Of a DNA stretch of 32,000 nucleotides, positions 1 to 9,585 are shown in pieces. The first letter of the stretch is position 1; each line of letters begins with the position of its first letter. The stretch is from Pyrobaculum calidifontis JCM 11548 (GTDB taxonomy: Archaea; Thermoproteota; Thermoprotei; Thermoproteales; Thermoproteaceae). The DNA lies in NCBI RefSeq assembly GCF_000015805.1, contig NC_009073.1, positions 1,140,001-1,172,000 on the forward strand. The letters run 5' to 3'. The notes under the pieces are model-generated. The model saw only the letters and a list, made by a program, of their open reading frames with translations, was not told the origin of the DNA and ran no database searches. A program made the position numbers and the translations under genes.

Positions 1-2
1 GG

Positions 3-767
3 GATGAGCCGAGCCACATACTCGCCCCCGCAGTCCACATGACCAAGGAGAGGGCGGCCGAGGTGCTTAGGCAGAGGCTTGGAATCGCCGTTCCCCCAGA
101 GGCGGAGGCCATTGCGCAGAGGGCGAGGGAGTTTTTGAGGGAGAAGTTCCTAAGGGCAGACGTGGGGATCACAGGTGCAAACGCCATAGCCGCAGACACG
201 GGGGCGGTGGTGCTCGTGGAAAACGAGGGCAACATTAGGATGACCACAGTGTTGCCGCCGGTCCACATAGTCTACGACGGCGTGGAGAAGGTAGTCCCCA
301 CGCTACACCACGCCTTCATGTCCGCCATGGTGCAGTCCGCCTACGCTGGCCTCTACCCGCCCACCTACGTAAACCTCTCCGCGGGCCCGAGCTCCACGGC
401 TGACGTGGAAATGCGCCGGGTGTCCCCCGCCCAGGGGCCGCGTGAATTCCACGTGGTGCTTGTAGACAACGGGAGGAGGAAGGCCGCCAAAGACCCAGAC
501 CTATGGGAGGCGCTCCTCTGCATAAGGTGCGGCCGCTGCCACCTCCACTGCCCAGTCTACCTGACGCTGGGCAGAGAGTTTGGGAGGCCCCCCTACACGG
601 GGCCCATGGGCGTGATGTGGACAGCGGTTACGCGGGGCATAGAGGAGGCCGGCCCACACGCGCTTAAGTGCGTACACGCGGGGAACTGCAGAGAGGTGTG
701 CCCAATGTCAATAGACATCCCCAAGGTGATACACGCAATAAGGGCCAGATATCTAAGGGCGCGTTAG
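3..767 (+). CDS. LutB/YkgF-like iron-sulfur protein (LUD domain plus two 4Fe-4S-type Cys clusters), 5' end outside window
   Basis: The frame is open to the window edge ([16 protein letters not shown]...). LUD-like body [23 protein letters not shown] is followed by [12 protein letters not shown] and [12 protein letters not shown] clusters. Confidence 0.75.
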   Translation, partial: DEPSHILAPAVHMTKERAAEVLRQRLGIAVPPEAEAIAQRAREFLREKFLRADVGITGANAIAADTGAVVLVENEGNIRMTTVLPPVHIVYDGVEKVVPTLHHAFMSAMVQSAYAGLYPPTYVNLSAGPSSTADVEMRRVSPAQGPREFHVVLVDNGRRKAAKDPDLWEALLCIRCGRCHLHCPVYLTLGREFGRPPYTGPMGVMWTAVTRGIEEAGPHALKCVHAGNCREVCPMSIDIPKVIHAIRARYLRAR

Positions 768-1516
768 CCCTTCCACTTCTTGCTCAAGAGGTTCTTCAAC
801 GCGTCCAAGAGGAGGTAGGCGGCGTCGCCGACGTCGAGGTCGAGCCTCTTTGCAAACTCCGCCACAGCCTCCTCGGCCGCGCTCTGCATATGCCTCCTCT
901 TCTCCACGGCGTCTGTCATGCCCCTGGCATACTCAAACTCCACGAGGGGGCCAACTGTGGCAAATCGCCTCTTCACAGGGCCGGGGCGCCTCGACCTGCC
1001 GACGTAGAGAATAGGCTTGTACTTCTCCAGCCGCCACCCGCCCTCGGTGAAATCCTCAGACGCGTATGCCGCAACTACGCGCCCCACAAATATGTCGTGG
1101 TCTCCGCCCACGTCTACCACTTGCTTAAGCTCGCACTCAATGACGGCGACTGCCTCGCCCACAGCCACGCTGGGGATCTTCCACGCCGGCACTAAGGTAA
1201 GTCCAGCACGCTCAAGCTTGTCTCTTACAACGCGGCCAGAGACGTCGCCTACAAAGGCCAGGGCATCTGCCCTGGAGAAGTCGAGGAGATTTACAGTGAA
1301 GTATCCGCTCTCTCTTACCAGCCTATAGGTGCGCCGCTCTGGGGCAATGGCCGTAATCAGGAGAGGTGGCGACATGGAGATAGACGTAGTCCACACGGCG
1401 GGCATGGCGCCTGCCTCTTCCCCAGCCTTAGCCGCTATAATGGGGACCGTGGCTGGGTAGAGCAGGTAGTGGAAAAGCTCTGCTTCAACCTCTCTAAGCA
1501 CGCCGCTCATGGCCAC
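764..1516 (-). CDS. Flavin reductase-like FMN-binding protein with about 70-aa C-terminal extension
   Basis: 250-aa ORF with a split-barrel flavin reductase-like sequence ([40 protein letters not shown] ... [11 protein letters not shown]). It directly abuts the upstream ABC ATPase gene (1516/1517). Confidence 0.7.
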   Translation of the reverse strand: MAMSGVLREVEAELFHYLLYPATVPIIAAKAGEEAGAMPAVWTTSISMSPPLLITAIAPERRTYRLVRESGYFTVNLLDFSRADALAFVGDVSGRVVRDKLERAGLTLVPAWKIPSVAVGEAVAVIECELKQVVDVGGDHDIFVGRVVAAYASEDFTEGGWRLEKYKPILYVGRSRRPGPVKRRFATVGPLVEFEYARGMTDAVEKRRHMQSAAEEAVAEFAKRLDLDVGDAAYLLLDALKNLLSKKWKG

Positions 1517-2479
1517 CTAATACAAGTGGCATGCCACATAGTGTCCCCTCTTCACCTCCACTAGGGGCGGCTCTTCTCTTTCGCACTTGCCCTTTATCAC
1601 ATATGGACAACGTGGGTGAAATCTACATCCAGGCGGCGGATTTATGGGGCTCGGCGGCTCGCCCGTGAGCAAAATCTTCTTCCTACTCCTAGCCACCTTT
1701 GGATCCGGTATGGGCAGGGCAGATATGAGGGCTTGAGTGTAGGGGTGTAGTGGCTCTTTTACAATCTCCTCAGCTGGGCCCACCTCCACGACTTTCCCCA
1801 AGTACATCACGGTGATTCTATCGCTCATATACCTCACAGCCCCAATGTCGTGGCTTATGAAGAGGTACGTCAACCCCATCTGCTTTTGCAAATCCTTCAA
1901 CATGTTCAATATCTGGGCCTGTACCGACACGTCCAGCGCCGAGGTCGGCTCATCTAACACCAAAAACTTCGGCCTCAGCAACAAGGCCCTTAATATGGCT
2001 ATCCTCTGCCTCTGGCCTCCACTAAACTCGTGGGGATACCTATGCAAGTGGCTTCTCTCAAGGCCCACGAGCTCTAGCATTTTGCCAATGTACTCCTCCG
2101 GATCGTCGATGGGCAGTTTGTGCACCTTTATTACCTCGAGCAGAGTCTGGTACACAGTCATCCTGGGGTTTAGAGACATGTAGGGGTCTTGGAAGATCAT
2201 CTGCGCCTTCTTCCTAAACTCCCTCAGCTTAGCCCCAGAGGCCTTTGTAATATCCTCTCCCTCGAAGTATATTCTACCCGACGTAGGCTCTATGAGCCTC
2301 AAAATTAGGCGCCCCAGCGTAGTCTTCCCACTCCCAGTTTCTCCAACGAGCCCCAGCGTCTCGCCCTCGTATATCTCCAAGTCGACGTGGTCCACGGCTT
2401 TCACATAGCCCCTGGGCCTCAGCAGTCCGCCCACTGGGAAATACTTCGTAAGACCCTCGGCCTTGACCAGCGCCCTCAT
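1517..2479 (-). CDS. Oligopeptide/dipeptide ABC transporter ATP-binding protein (OppF/DppF type)
   Basis: Walker A GETGSGKTT, signature FSGGQRQR, Walker B LVLDEPTSALD, and Opp-type C-terminal tail PPPGCRFHPRCPY. The ATG at 2479 makes an ATGA overlap with the upstream stop; the track start at 2491 is less likely. Confidence 0.9.
   Translation of the reverse strand: MRALVKAEGLTKYFPVGGLLRPRGYVKAVDHVDLEIYEGETLGLVGETGSGKTTLGRLILRLIEPTSGRIYFEGEDITKASGAKLREFRKKAQMIFQDPYMSLNPRMTVYQTLLEVIKVHKLPIDDPEEYIGKMLELVGLERSHLHRYPHEFSGGQRQRIAILRALLLRPKFLVLDEPTSALDVSVQAQILNMLKDLQKQMGLTYLFISHDIGAVRYMSDRITVMYLGKVVEVGPAEEIVKEPLHPYTQALISALPIPDPKVARSRKKILLTGEPPSPINPPPGCRFHPRCPYVIKGKCEREEPPLVEVKRGHYVACHLY
1569..1639. 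repeat. 71-nt perfect repeat, copy A (3' end of OppF-type gene)
   Basis: ggctcttctctttcgcacttgccctttatcacatatggacaacgtgggtgaaatctacatccaggcggcgg is identical to 2525-2595. Confidence 0.9.
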
Positions 2480-3444
2480 GTGTACAACCAACAGGCAACC
2501 TTGTGCCTAGTCCCCACCAACGGGGGCTCTTCTCTTTCGCACTTGCCCTTTATCACATATGGACAACGTGGGTGAAATCTACATCCAGGCGGCGGGTTGA
2601 TCAAGTTGGGTATAGTGCCCGGCACTGGCTCTAGTCTCTCCTGGGGCTGAATTGGGTTTACAACTGCCCTCAAGAGGCCCTTGGTGTAGGGGTGCATTGG
2701 CTTTTCAAAGAGCTCCTCTGTTGGAGCCTCTTCCACGATCTTCCCCCCGTACATCACCAACACCCTGTCGGCGAACTCCGCCACTAGCCCCATGTTGTGC
2801 GTAATGAAGATTATGGACATGCCCAGCTCGTCCTTGAGCTGTTTAAATAGGTGGAGTATCTGAGCCTGCACAGTCACGTCCACCGCCGTAGTGGGCTCAT
2901 CTGCGATGAGGATCCTCGGCCGATTGCTTATAGCCATGGCTATGACGGACCTCTGCTTCATGCCGCCGGACAGCTGGTGGGGATACGACTTGGCCCTACT
3001 CTCCGGCTCTGGTATCAAGACTTTGCGCAGTAGCTCTACAGCGTCTCTAAAGTATTGCTTAATTTTCCCACCCCTATGCGCCGCCACGGTCTCTCCCACC
3101 TGGTAGCCAACGGTGTAAAGTGGGTCTAGGGCTGAGGACGGGTCTTGAAACACGTAGGCTATCTCAGAGCCTCTTATCTTCCTAAGCTCCTCCTCGGGCA
3201 ATTTCAGCAGATCCACCTCCTCGCCGTCTCTCCTATATATGACAGACCCCGACACTATTCTTCCAGGCGGCTGTATAAGCCTGGTAATAGCCCTAGTTGT
3301 CACCGTCTTGCCGCTCCCAGTCTCTCCCACGATGACGAGAGTCTCCCCCTTGTATAAGTCAAAGGACACGCCTTCCACGGCTCTGACAACTCCGGCGTAG
3401 GTGTAGAAGTATACGGTTAAGTCTCGCACCTCGAGGATTTTCAT
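2476..3444 (-). CDS. Oligopeptide/dipeptide ABC transporter ATP-binding protein (OppD/DppD type)
   Basis: Walker A GETGSGKT, signature LSGGMKQR, Walker B LIADEPTTAVD, and the same C-terminal Cys tail. ATGA overlap with the upstream permease stop at 3441-3444. Confidence 0.9.
   Translation of the reverse strand: MKILEVRDLTVYFYTYAGVVRAVEGVSFDLYKGETLVIVGETGSGKTVTTRAITRLIQPPGRIVSGSVIYRRDGEEVDLLKLPEEELRKIRGSEIAYVFQDPSSALDPLYTVGYQVGETVAAHRGGKIKQYFRDAVELLRKVLIPEPESRAKSYPHQLSGGMKQRSVIAMAISNRPRILIADEPTTAVDVTVQAQILHLFKQLKDELGMSIIFITHNMGLVAEFADRVLVMYGGKIVEEAPTEELFEKPMHPYTKGLLRAVVNPIQPQERLEPVPGTIPNLINPPPGCRFHPRCPYVIKGKCEREEPPLVGTRHKVACWLYT
2525..2595. repeat. 71-nt perfect repeat, copy B (3' end of OppD-type gene)
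   Basis: Identical to 1569-1639 by direct reading. Both copies encode PPPGCRFHPRCPYVIKGKCEREEPP. Confidence 0.9.
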
Positions 3445-4505
3445 ACCCTAAACTCTATCCTCCTCCTAAACTTGGGGTCAAACACGTCGCGTAGAGCGTC
3501 CCCAAGGAGGTTCCACCCCAGTGCCGTCAGGAAAATGGCGACACCTGGGAAGAACACAAGCCACCACGCAGTGGGGAAGCGGCTACCGCCCATGTTTATG
3601 AGAGAGCCCCAATCCACTATGGGGGGCTGCGCGCCGAGGCCTAAAAAGCTTAGCCCCGCCGCGAGCAAGTTCACCGAGGCGAAGTCGAAGGTTATTAACA
3701 CAACCACTGGGGACATTATGTTGGGCAAAATGTGCCTCGTCATAATCCTCCAAGAGGAGTACCCCAGCGCCTTAGCCGCCTCCACGTAGGTCTTCTCACG
3801 CTCTACTAAAACCATTCCTCTAACGACTCTCGCGTAGGTGGGCCACCACACAATTATCAATGCTGTGAAGATGGAGATGAGAGGCGCGAGGTGGATAGCG
3901 TCGTCGGGCTTTACGCCGAAGATCGCAGCCATGGCGTATGCAAAGGCTTGGTTCTCCACCAACGCCTCCCTAATCCTCTGGGGCAGAGTCGCGGCGAGCG
4001 CAAGCGCGAGGACAAGCGCTGGGAAGGCGAGGAACATGTCTGTCACCCTCATGATAGCCTCGTCTATCTTCCCGCCGTAGTAGCCGGCGATGAGGCCCAG
4101 CAAAATCCCCAGAGGCACACCCAGGGCGATTGTAACCACAGAAATCACAAGCGAGACCCTCGCCCCGTAGAGCATGAGGCTGAGAACGTCTCTCCCGTAG
4201 ATGTCCGTGCCCAGCAACATGCCGTAGGACCCAGGAGGGGCTAGATACAGGTCCGGGTTTTCTAAGTAGAGGAACTGGTCGTAGCCGTAGGGGGCCACAA
4301 AGGGGCCGACGATTCCGACGACTACAAACCCCATGGAGAGTATGAGGCCCGCGACCCCCGTGGGCGATCTATTAAGCGCGTACAGAGTTAGACGCCACTC
4401 CTCCACCCTCGCCCTATTCTTCGCATACCAGTCTCTCCTAACCAGCGTGATGAGCTTCACCAACAGCGATATCAATAGGTCCGCGGCTCTGTCGAGGATC
4501 TTCAT
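3441..4505 (-). CDS. Peptide ABC transporter permease (OppC/DppC type)
   Basis: Multi-TM ORF with EAA-type loop EAAKALGYSSWRIMTRHILPN. The ATG at 4505 overlaps the upstream TGA by 1 nt; the track start at 4508 is a TTG. Confidence 0.88.
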   Translation of the reverse strand: MKILDRAADLLISLLVKLITLVRRDWYAKNRARVEEWRLTLYALNRSPTGVAGLILSMGFVVVGIVGPFVAPYGYDQFLYLENPDLYLAPPGSYGMLLGTDIYGRDVLSLMLYGARVSLVISVVTIALGVPLGILLGLIAGYYGGKIDEAIMRVTDMFLAFPALVLALALAATLPQRIREALVENQAFAYAMAAIFGVKPDDAIHLAPLISIFTALIIVWWPTYARVVRGMVLVEREKTYVEAAKALGYSSWRIMTRHILPNIMSPVVVLITFDFASVNLLAAGLSFLGLGAQPPIVDWGSLINMGGSRFPTAWWLVFFPGVAIFLTALGWNLLGDALRDVFDPKFRRRIEFRV

Positions 4506-5503
4506 CAATACCTCACTCTGGGGTCTATAAAAGCGTATAATACGTCGATTACGAAGTTGGTAACTACGTATATCAAGGCGAAGACGAAGGTTGTGCCAAT
4601 GATGGCGGGGAAGTCTAGGTAGTATATCGACTGCACGGCGTAGGCCCCCAGCCCCGGCAGGCCGAAGATGGTCTCTGTGATGGGGGCGCCGCTCAGCGAT
4701 GCGCCAAACTCTAGGCCAATTATTGTAACTATGGGCACCAGCGAGTTCTTAAAGACGTGTCTCCTAACCCAGCTCACGGGGACGCCCTTGGCGTGTAGAT
4801 ACTCCACGAAGTCGGCCCCCAGAGCCTCCACTGTGGAATTTCTCACAAACCTGGCGATAATGCCCGCACCGGAGAAGCCTAGGACAAACCCAGGAAGCCA
4901 GTATCTGCCCACTATCTGAGAAAGAGACTGCCAATCCCCAGTGATCAACGCGTCAATCAAAGGCACGCCGGTTATCACCACCTTAGACGTTGGAACACCG
5001 GCGAGAGTTATGGCCTTGAACTGGACGAAGAACACTAGTATCAATAGGTAGGCCAAGAGGAAGGCGGGCATTGAGACCCCTATCAGCGCAAGCACTCTCA
5101 CAGCGGCGTCTATCTTAGTATCACGCTTATACGCGGCTAAAAGCCCGAGGGGCAGGCCTATTACCACAGAGAAGAATATGGAGAAGAGGGCCAGCTGTAG
5201 AGTCACAGAGAAGCGGGCCGCTATGTCTGAAAACACCGTGTTGCCAGTACGTGGGCTAATTAAAGAGCCCTCGAAAAGCCTAACCAGGAAGTAGTAGAAC
5301 TGCTCATACCAAGGTCTATCAAAGTGGTAATACTCCTTGAGCTTTTCAATAACCTCGGGCTTCGCCTTCTCGCCCCCAGCCCAAGCCCTCACAGGGTCGG
5401 CCGGGATGGCGTACGCAATTAGGTAGGTAATAAAGACGACGCCGAAGATCGTGGGTAGAAAAGTGAGAATGCGTCGGAGTAAAAACCTACGAAAAGAAGA
5501 CAT
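4505..5503 (-). CDS. Peptide ABC transporter permease (OppB/DppB type)
   Basis: 332-aa multi-TM ORF with the loop FVEYLHAKGVPVSWVRRHVFKNSLVP typical of OppB-type permeases. Confidence 0.88.
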   Translation of the reverse strand: MSSFRRFLLRRILTFLPTIFGVVFITYLIAYAIPADPVRAWAGGEKAKPEVIEKLKEYYHFDRPWYEQFYYFLVRLFEGSLISPRTGNTVFSDIAARFSVTLQLALFSIFFSVVIGLPLGLLAAYKRDTKIDAAVRVLALIGVSMPAFLLAYLLILVFFVQFKAITLAGVPTSKVVITGVPLIDALITGDWQSLSQIVGRYWLPGFVLGFSGAGIIARFVRNSTVEALGADFVEYLHAKGVPVSWVRRHVFKNSLVPIVTIIGLEFGASLSGAPITETIFGLPGLGAYAVQSIYYLDFPAIIGTTFVFALIYVVTNFVIDVLYAFIDPRVRY

Positions 5504-5512
5504 GGGAAAAAA

Positions 5513-7747
5513 CTAGGGCTTAAACCCGTAGAGCTGTTGCCACAACGTGGCGTTCCAGTAATACGGGTTGTACTTCAGCACTATGTAGGAGTCCTGTTGG
5601 TAGTCGGCAACGTAGTAGGGGCCAGTGGAAATGGGCTTCTCGTGAAGTAGCCTATGCGTCGCGTCGTCTTCGCCGGGGATCACATACTTGGCCCATGCCG
5701 ACGGGTTTTTCCCATTGTTAGAATCGGCGAGGGCCTTTTGGTAGTTGTCCCCCAGCGCGTACTGCATGGAGACAATCATTGTAAACGGCGCGGCGAGGAT
5801 GGGCAAAATCGCGGGGTATGGCTGAGTCAGCTTGAACTTGACCACGCCAGCCGTGGGGCCAGAGTAGCCGAAGATCCTCATAAGCTCGTCCCAGCTCTTC
5901 ACATTGTAAGTCTTGCCAGCGTACTCTGTGACAAGGCCCTTGGAGAGCACTTGTTTAAACTCGTCCTCTGTGAGAACAGAGCTGGCATTTACGTCGAAGT
6001 ACGTGGTAATCATCCAGCTGGGGTCCAAGCTCAGCCTCGCAATTCTCCAAATGGTGAACAACACGTCTACCGCCGAGATGTCGTACGCCTTGTTATTCCA
6101 CGGATCGTAGGCCTTCATGCCACCCCTAATCACGAAGTACCAGGTGGTACCCTCCTCGTCGTGGGCCCAAGCCACAGCGCCAGCGGGCACCACGTACTCC
6201 ACGTTTTCCCTCCAGAAGGTCACAAGGGGTGTGCCAATTTGGGTAAATATCTCCCAACCAAACGACTCGTAGCTTGCCGCGGGGTCAAAGCTCTGAGGCC
6301 AGCCGATTGTGGCAATGGCGAGAGTATCGGGGCCGTTCTTATAGTCCTTAATGCCCAGCGGCACAGAGGGAGCGTCTGGGGTTTCCCACAACAGGTCGTA
6401 GCGCTCTAGCTCCAGCGGGGTGTAGTACCGGTCTTTTACCCAGCTCCACTGGTGCATGAAGAATTTGGCTTGGCCAAGCCATATGATAGCAGGATCTCTA
6501 TTACTAGCTATGTATATAGCCTTGTATAATGCCTCTCTCAGGGCGGGGTCGAAGTGAGTCCTCGCGGCCACTATCAAGGCGTCAACGTCGTAGTTGCGGT
6601 AGAACGCGGGATTTATGTCAACAAACCCAGTGCTCTCCTCAATAGGCTTCGTCGCCTTCTCGTCGACTACGTATTGAACCACGTAGATCTTGCTCCCAGC
6701 TGGCACATTTACAGAGGCGCCAGAGCCCTTTGGACCTACCACCACGTAGACGCCGCCGCCGACGTCGTAGACCACCGCCTTAGAAAGCATTGCAGACACG
6801 TCGGAGGGCGACGTGGCCTCTTTCACCTGTAATTCGCTGAATTGAGTGCCGCCGTAGAAGAGCGGCGAGGCGTAGTCGTCTGGGTCAAGGTAGTCGGGCA
6901 ACCACCCTATTATGTAGACGTCGAAGTCTCCCTTCTCTGTCTTACTAAGGAGCGTGGGCCAGTTGAGAGGCTCCACTGTCACTTTGAAGCCGAGTTGACC
7001 CCAAGTGTTGGCCAGCAACGCCGCAGTCTGCGCCCTCTGGTCGTTGCCAAGGTTGTAGTTTATTACAATGGTATACTTAGTTGGGTCAATTCCACTCTTC
7101 TTAATCAGCTCTCTGGCCTTGGTGAGGTTGTAGGTGTATTTGACAATGCCGTATTCGGTGTAGCCCGGCAGTCCCTTAGGTATTACGCCGTAGAGTCTGA
7201 CAAAGCGGTTTGCGTATATCCTGTTTAAAATGGTGTCGTAAGGCACGGCATATGCCAATGCTTGTCTAACCAGGCTGTTATTAAACGGAGCCCTATACGC
7301 ATTTAAGACTATGTACTCAATGGTAAGCGTCAGTAGATTTGGGTCTTCTTGTAGCCGTATCTCGTAGTTGCCCATTTTTGTGCCAACCACCTCGTTCAGC
7401 CTATCTAACGGTATGGCGGCTATATCCACCGTGCCCGTCTTATACATTTGAATGCGGGCTGTGGCGTCGTTGTTTATCACGTAGATTACATACTTGTGGA
7501 ATACCTTAGAGGGCGGGGCCGGCGTAGTTGTGGCTGGTGCAGTCGGCGTAGTGGGCGGCGGCGTAGTTGTTTTAGGCGTTGTCGTAGGCTGTGTAGTTGT
7601 GGTAGGCTGTGTGGTCTGTTTTGTTGGGGTAGTTGTCGTAGGTGGGGGCCCCTGTGTTGTTAGCATTAATGCCGCGGCCCCTATTAGGATTAATAGTACG
7701 ACCAGGCCTATTATTGCGGCTCTAGATAATCCCCTGATTTTTGGCAT
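5513..7747 (-). CDS. ABC transporter substrate-binding protein, family 5 (peptide/nickel type), membrane-anchored with Thr/Pro linker
   Basis: 744-aa ORF with N-terminal hydrophobic anchor IIGLVVLLILIGAAALML, a Thr/Pro-rich linker, then a large SBP-like body. It is the first gene of the minus-strand ABC operon. Confidence 0.85.
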   Translation of the reverse strand: MPKIRGLSRAAIIGLVVLLILIGAAALMLTTQGPPPTTTTPTKQTTQPTTTTQPTTTPKTTTPPPTTPTAPATTTPAPPSKVFHKYVIYVINNDATARIQMYKTGTVDIAAIPLDRLNEVVGTKMGNYEIRLQEDPNLLTLTIEYIVLNAYRAPFNNSLVRQALAYAVPYDTILNRIYANRFVRLYGVIPKGLPGYTEYGIVKYTYNLTKARELIKKSGIDPTKYTIVINYNLGNDQRAQTAALLANTWGQLGFKVTVEPLNWPTLLSKTEKGDFDVYIIGWLPDYLDPDDYASPLFYGGTQFSELQVKEATSPSDVSAMLSKAVVYDVGGGVYVVVGPKGSGASVNVPAGSKIYVVQYVVDEKATKPIEESTGFVDINPAFYRNYDVDALIVAARTHFDPALREALYKAIYIASNRDPAIIWLGQAKFFMHQWSWVKDRYYTPLELERYDLLWETPDAPSVPLGIKDYKNGPDTLAIATIGWPQSFDPAASYESFGWEIFTQIGTPLVTFWRENVEYVVPAGAVAWAHDEEGTTWYFVIRGGMKAYDPWNNKAYDISAVDVLFTIWRIARLSLDPSWMITTYFDVNASSVLTEDEFKQVLSKGLVTEYAGKTYNVKSWDELMRIFGYSGPTAGVVKFKLTQPYPAILPILAAPFTMIVSMQYALGDNYQKALADSNNGKNPSAWAKYVIPGEDDATHRLLHEKPISTGPYYVADYQQDSYIVLKYNPYYWNATLWQQLYGFKP
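7505..7651 (-). repeat. Low-complexity Thr/Pro-rich linker coding region inside the SBP gene
   Basis: Encodes PPPTTTTPTKQTTQPTTTTQPTTTPKTTTPPPTTPTAPATTTPAPPSK. At nucleotide level it is reiterated gtagttgt/ggctgtgt-type units. Confidence 0.8.
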
Positions 7748-7783
7748 AGTATACGACTTTTGCGCATTTTTAAATGTTGAATG

Positions 7784-8221
7784 CTAACTGGATAGATATT
7801 TGGCTAAATTGTTGACGGCTTCTGTGGCCATGGACCTTAACGCGTTTTTTACAATGCTCGGTGCCAGAGAGGCGGCTAGGCCCCGCGCGTCTCCCTCAAA
7901 GCGCCACTTCACGAGGGACCCGCCGCCGCTGGGCTCTACACGGGCCGATATTTTGAAGTCGGCGGTGGTCTGGAGGCCGGTCGCCCTCCCCGCCACGTCT
8001 ACGCCGTCGTCCCCCACGTAGGTGTACCGGAAGCGGACGGCCATTTTGCCCGAGAGGTGTCCCAGCTTCACCGTGGCCTCTCCCACGTACTCGTCGCCGG
8101 ACTTCTCAACCTTGGTGACCCCAGGTATCAGCTTGGCCACCGCCTCGGGGTTTTTTAACAGTTCTACAACCTGGGCGGGGGGCTTGGGGACGGCGAATTG
8201 TCCAGACTCCTCTACGCGCAT
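7784..8221 (-). CDS. SRPBCC-fold protein, CoxG-like (carbon monoxide dehydrogenase subunit G family)
   Basis: 145-aa ORF. The N-terminus MRVEESGQFAVPKPPAQVVELLKNPEAVAKLIPGV and overall length are typical of CoxG family proteins. Confidence 0.65.
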   Translation of the reverse strand: MRVEESGQFAVPKPPAQVVELLKNPEAVAKLIPGVTKVEKSGDEYVGEATVKLGHLSGKMAVRFRYTYVGDDGVDVAGRATGLQTTADFKISARVEPSGGGSLVKWRFEGDARGLAASLAPSIVKNALRSMATEAVNNLAKYLSS

Positions 8222-8241
8222 GTGTCAGCGTAGTGGGCTGT

Positions 8242-9567
8242 TTATAAGTCTGCCACCAGGGCGATGAAGATGTCGTTTACGTTGGTCCCAGTGTAGCCGG
8301 TGTATATTGCCCTCCCTAGCGCCTTGAAGAAGGTGTAGCTGTCGTTGTTGGCGAGGTGCGCGTAGGGGTCGAGGCCGGCCTTCTCCGCCTCCTCCGCCGT
8401 CAACCCGTCCACCACTGCGCCTGCCGCTGGGCTGTTTCCATCTACCCCGTCGGTGCCCATGCACGCGGCAACTACGTCGCGGCTCCCCCGCACCGCCATT
8501 GCGAAAGAGAGGCAGAGCTCTTGGCTTCTCCCGCCCACCCCGTTGCCCCTCACAGTCACCACGGTCTCTCCCCCGGCGAGCACGGCTGCTGGCTTTGGCG
8601 CAGGAAGGGCGTGGGCCGAGGCGCTCTTAGCCACAGAGGCCAAGACGCGCCCCGCCTCCCTCGCCTCGCCCTCGAGCATGGCGGTCACAATCACGGCGTT
8701 GAACCCCTTGGCGGAGAGGAATTGTGCGGCGCGGCGTAGGGACTGGACGTTGCTGGCCACTACCACGTTGACTACCTTCTCCAGGAGCGGGTCGTCCCGC
8801 CTCACCGTGTTCGCCCCGCTCTCCACCGCCCGCCTAACGCCCGGCGGGAGCCCGTCCCAGAGGCCGTACTTCTTGAGGACGCGTATTGCGTCTTCGCGGG
8901 TCGACTCGTCGGGCGCGGTGGGGCCCGACGCAATGACGTCTAGCCTGTCGCCCACCACGTCGCTTATGATGAGGGACACCACCCTCTGCGCCTTTATGAG
9001 CTTGAGGAGCTTGCCGCCCTTGACCCGGGAGAGGCGCTTTCTCACGGCGTTGAGCTCCACTATGTCGGCCCCCCGGCGCATGAGCTCCTGCGTCAAGCGG
9101 CTAATGTCGTCAAGCGACACGCCGTCCTCCGGCACTTCGAAGAGCGACGAGCCCCCGCCAGACACCAGCACCACCAGCGAATCCTCGCGGCCCACCGAGG
9201 CTAGGTAATCCAACAGCTCCTGGGAAGCCCTCGCGGTGTTGGGCCCGGGCGTTGGGTGGTCCCCCCTTACCACTCTTACGGGGCCTATCCGCCCCTCCAC
9301 GGCGGGGTCTATGACCACGCCCCCGGCCACTAAGTCCCCCAGCGCCTCCACGAGGGCCTCCGCCATGGCCCTCGACGCCTTCCCAAAGCCAACCACGTGT
9401 ACCCTCCCCCGCAACTCCACCCCCGCCACCTCAGCCACATCTCCCCGCCTCTTGACGACGCTGAGGACTGCTCGGCGGGGGTCGGCCGCCGCCAGTGCCT
9501 CCTCTAAGGCGTCTAGGAGGAGGGCATGGCGCCAGTCCCTTGCCAACTCCTCTCTGTTTTTAATCAC
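8242..9567 (-). CDS. Glycerate 2-kinase / hydroxypyruvate reductase-like protein (DUF4147 + MOFRL family)
   Basis: 441 aa with motifs LVSGGGSSL and CMGTDGVDGNSPAAGAVVD characteristic of MOFRL-family glycerate kinases. Confidence 0.8.
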   Translation of the reverse strand: MIKNREELARDWRHALLLDALEEALAAADPRRAVLSVVKRRGDVAEVAGVELRGRVHVVGFGKASRAMAEALVEALGDLVAGGVVIDPAVEGRIGPVRVVRGDHPTPGPNTARASQELLDYLASVGREDSLVVLVSGGGSSLFEVPEDGVSLDDISRLTQELMRRGADIVELNAVRKRLSRVKGGKLLKLIKAQRVVSLIISDVVGDRLDVIASGPTAPDESTREDAIRVLKKYGLWDGLPPGVRRAVESGANTVRRDDPLLEKVVNVVVASNVQSLRRAAQFLSAKGFNAVIVTAMLEGEAREAGRVLASVAKSASAHALPAPKPAAVLAGGETVVTVRGNGVGGRSQELCLSFAMAVRGSRDVVAACMGTDGVDGNSPAAGAVVDGLTAEEAEKAGLDPYAHLANNDSYTFFKALGRAIYTGYTGTNVNDIFIALVADL

Positions 9568-9585
9568 GTCCTGTTGCCTCTGCCT

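Noticed and set aside
7505-7651. Short reiterated nucleotide units that look like a minisatellite or CRISPR-like periodicity
   Set aside because: The units are irregular and lie in frame inside the SBP gene, encoding a Thr/Pro linker. There is no repeat-spacer architecture.
8453-9208. 251-aa plus-strand ORF antisense to the glycerate kinase gene (similarly 5654-6409 antisense to the SBP gene, 668-1195 and 1017-1328 antisense to flavin reductase)
   Set aside because: Long antisense ORFs are expected in GC-rich coding DNA. The opposite-strand genes have strong family signatures.
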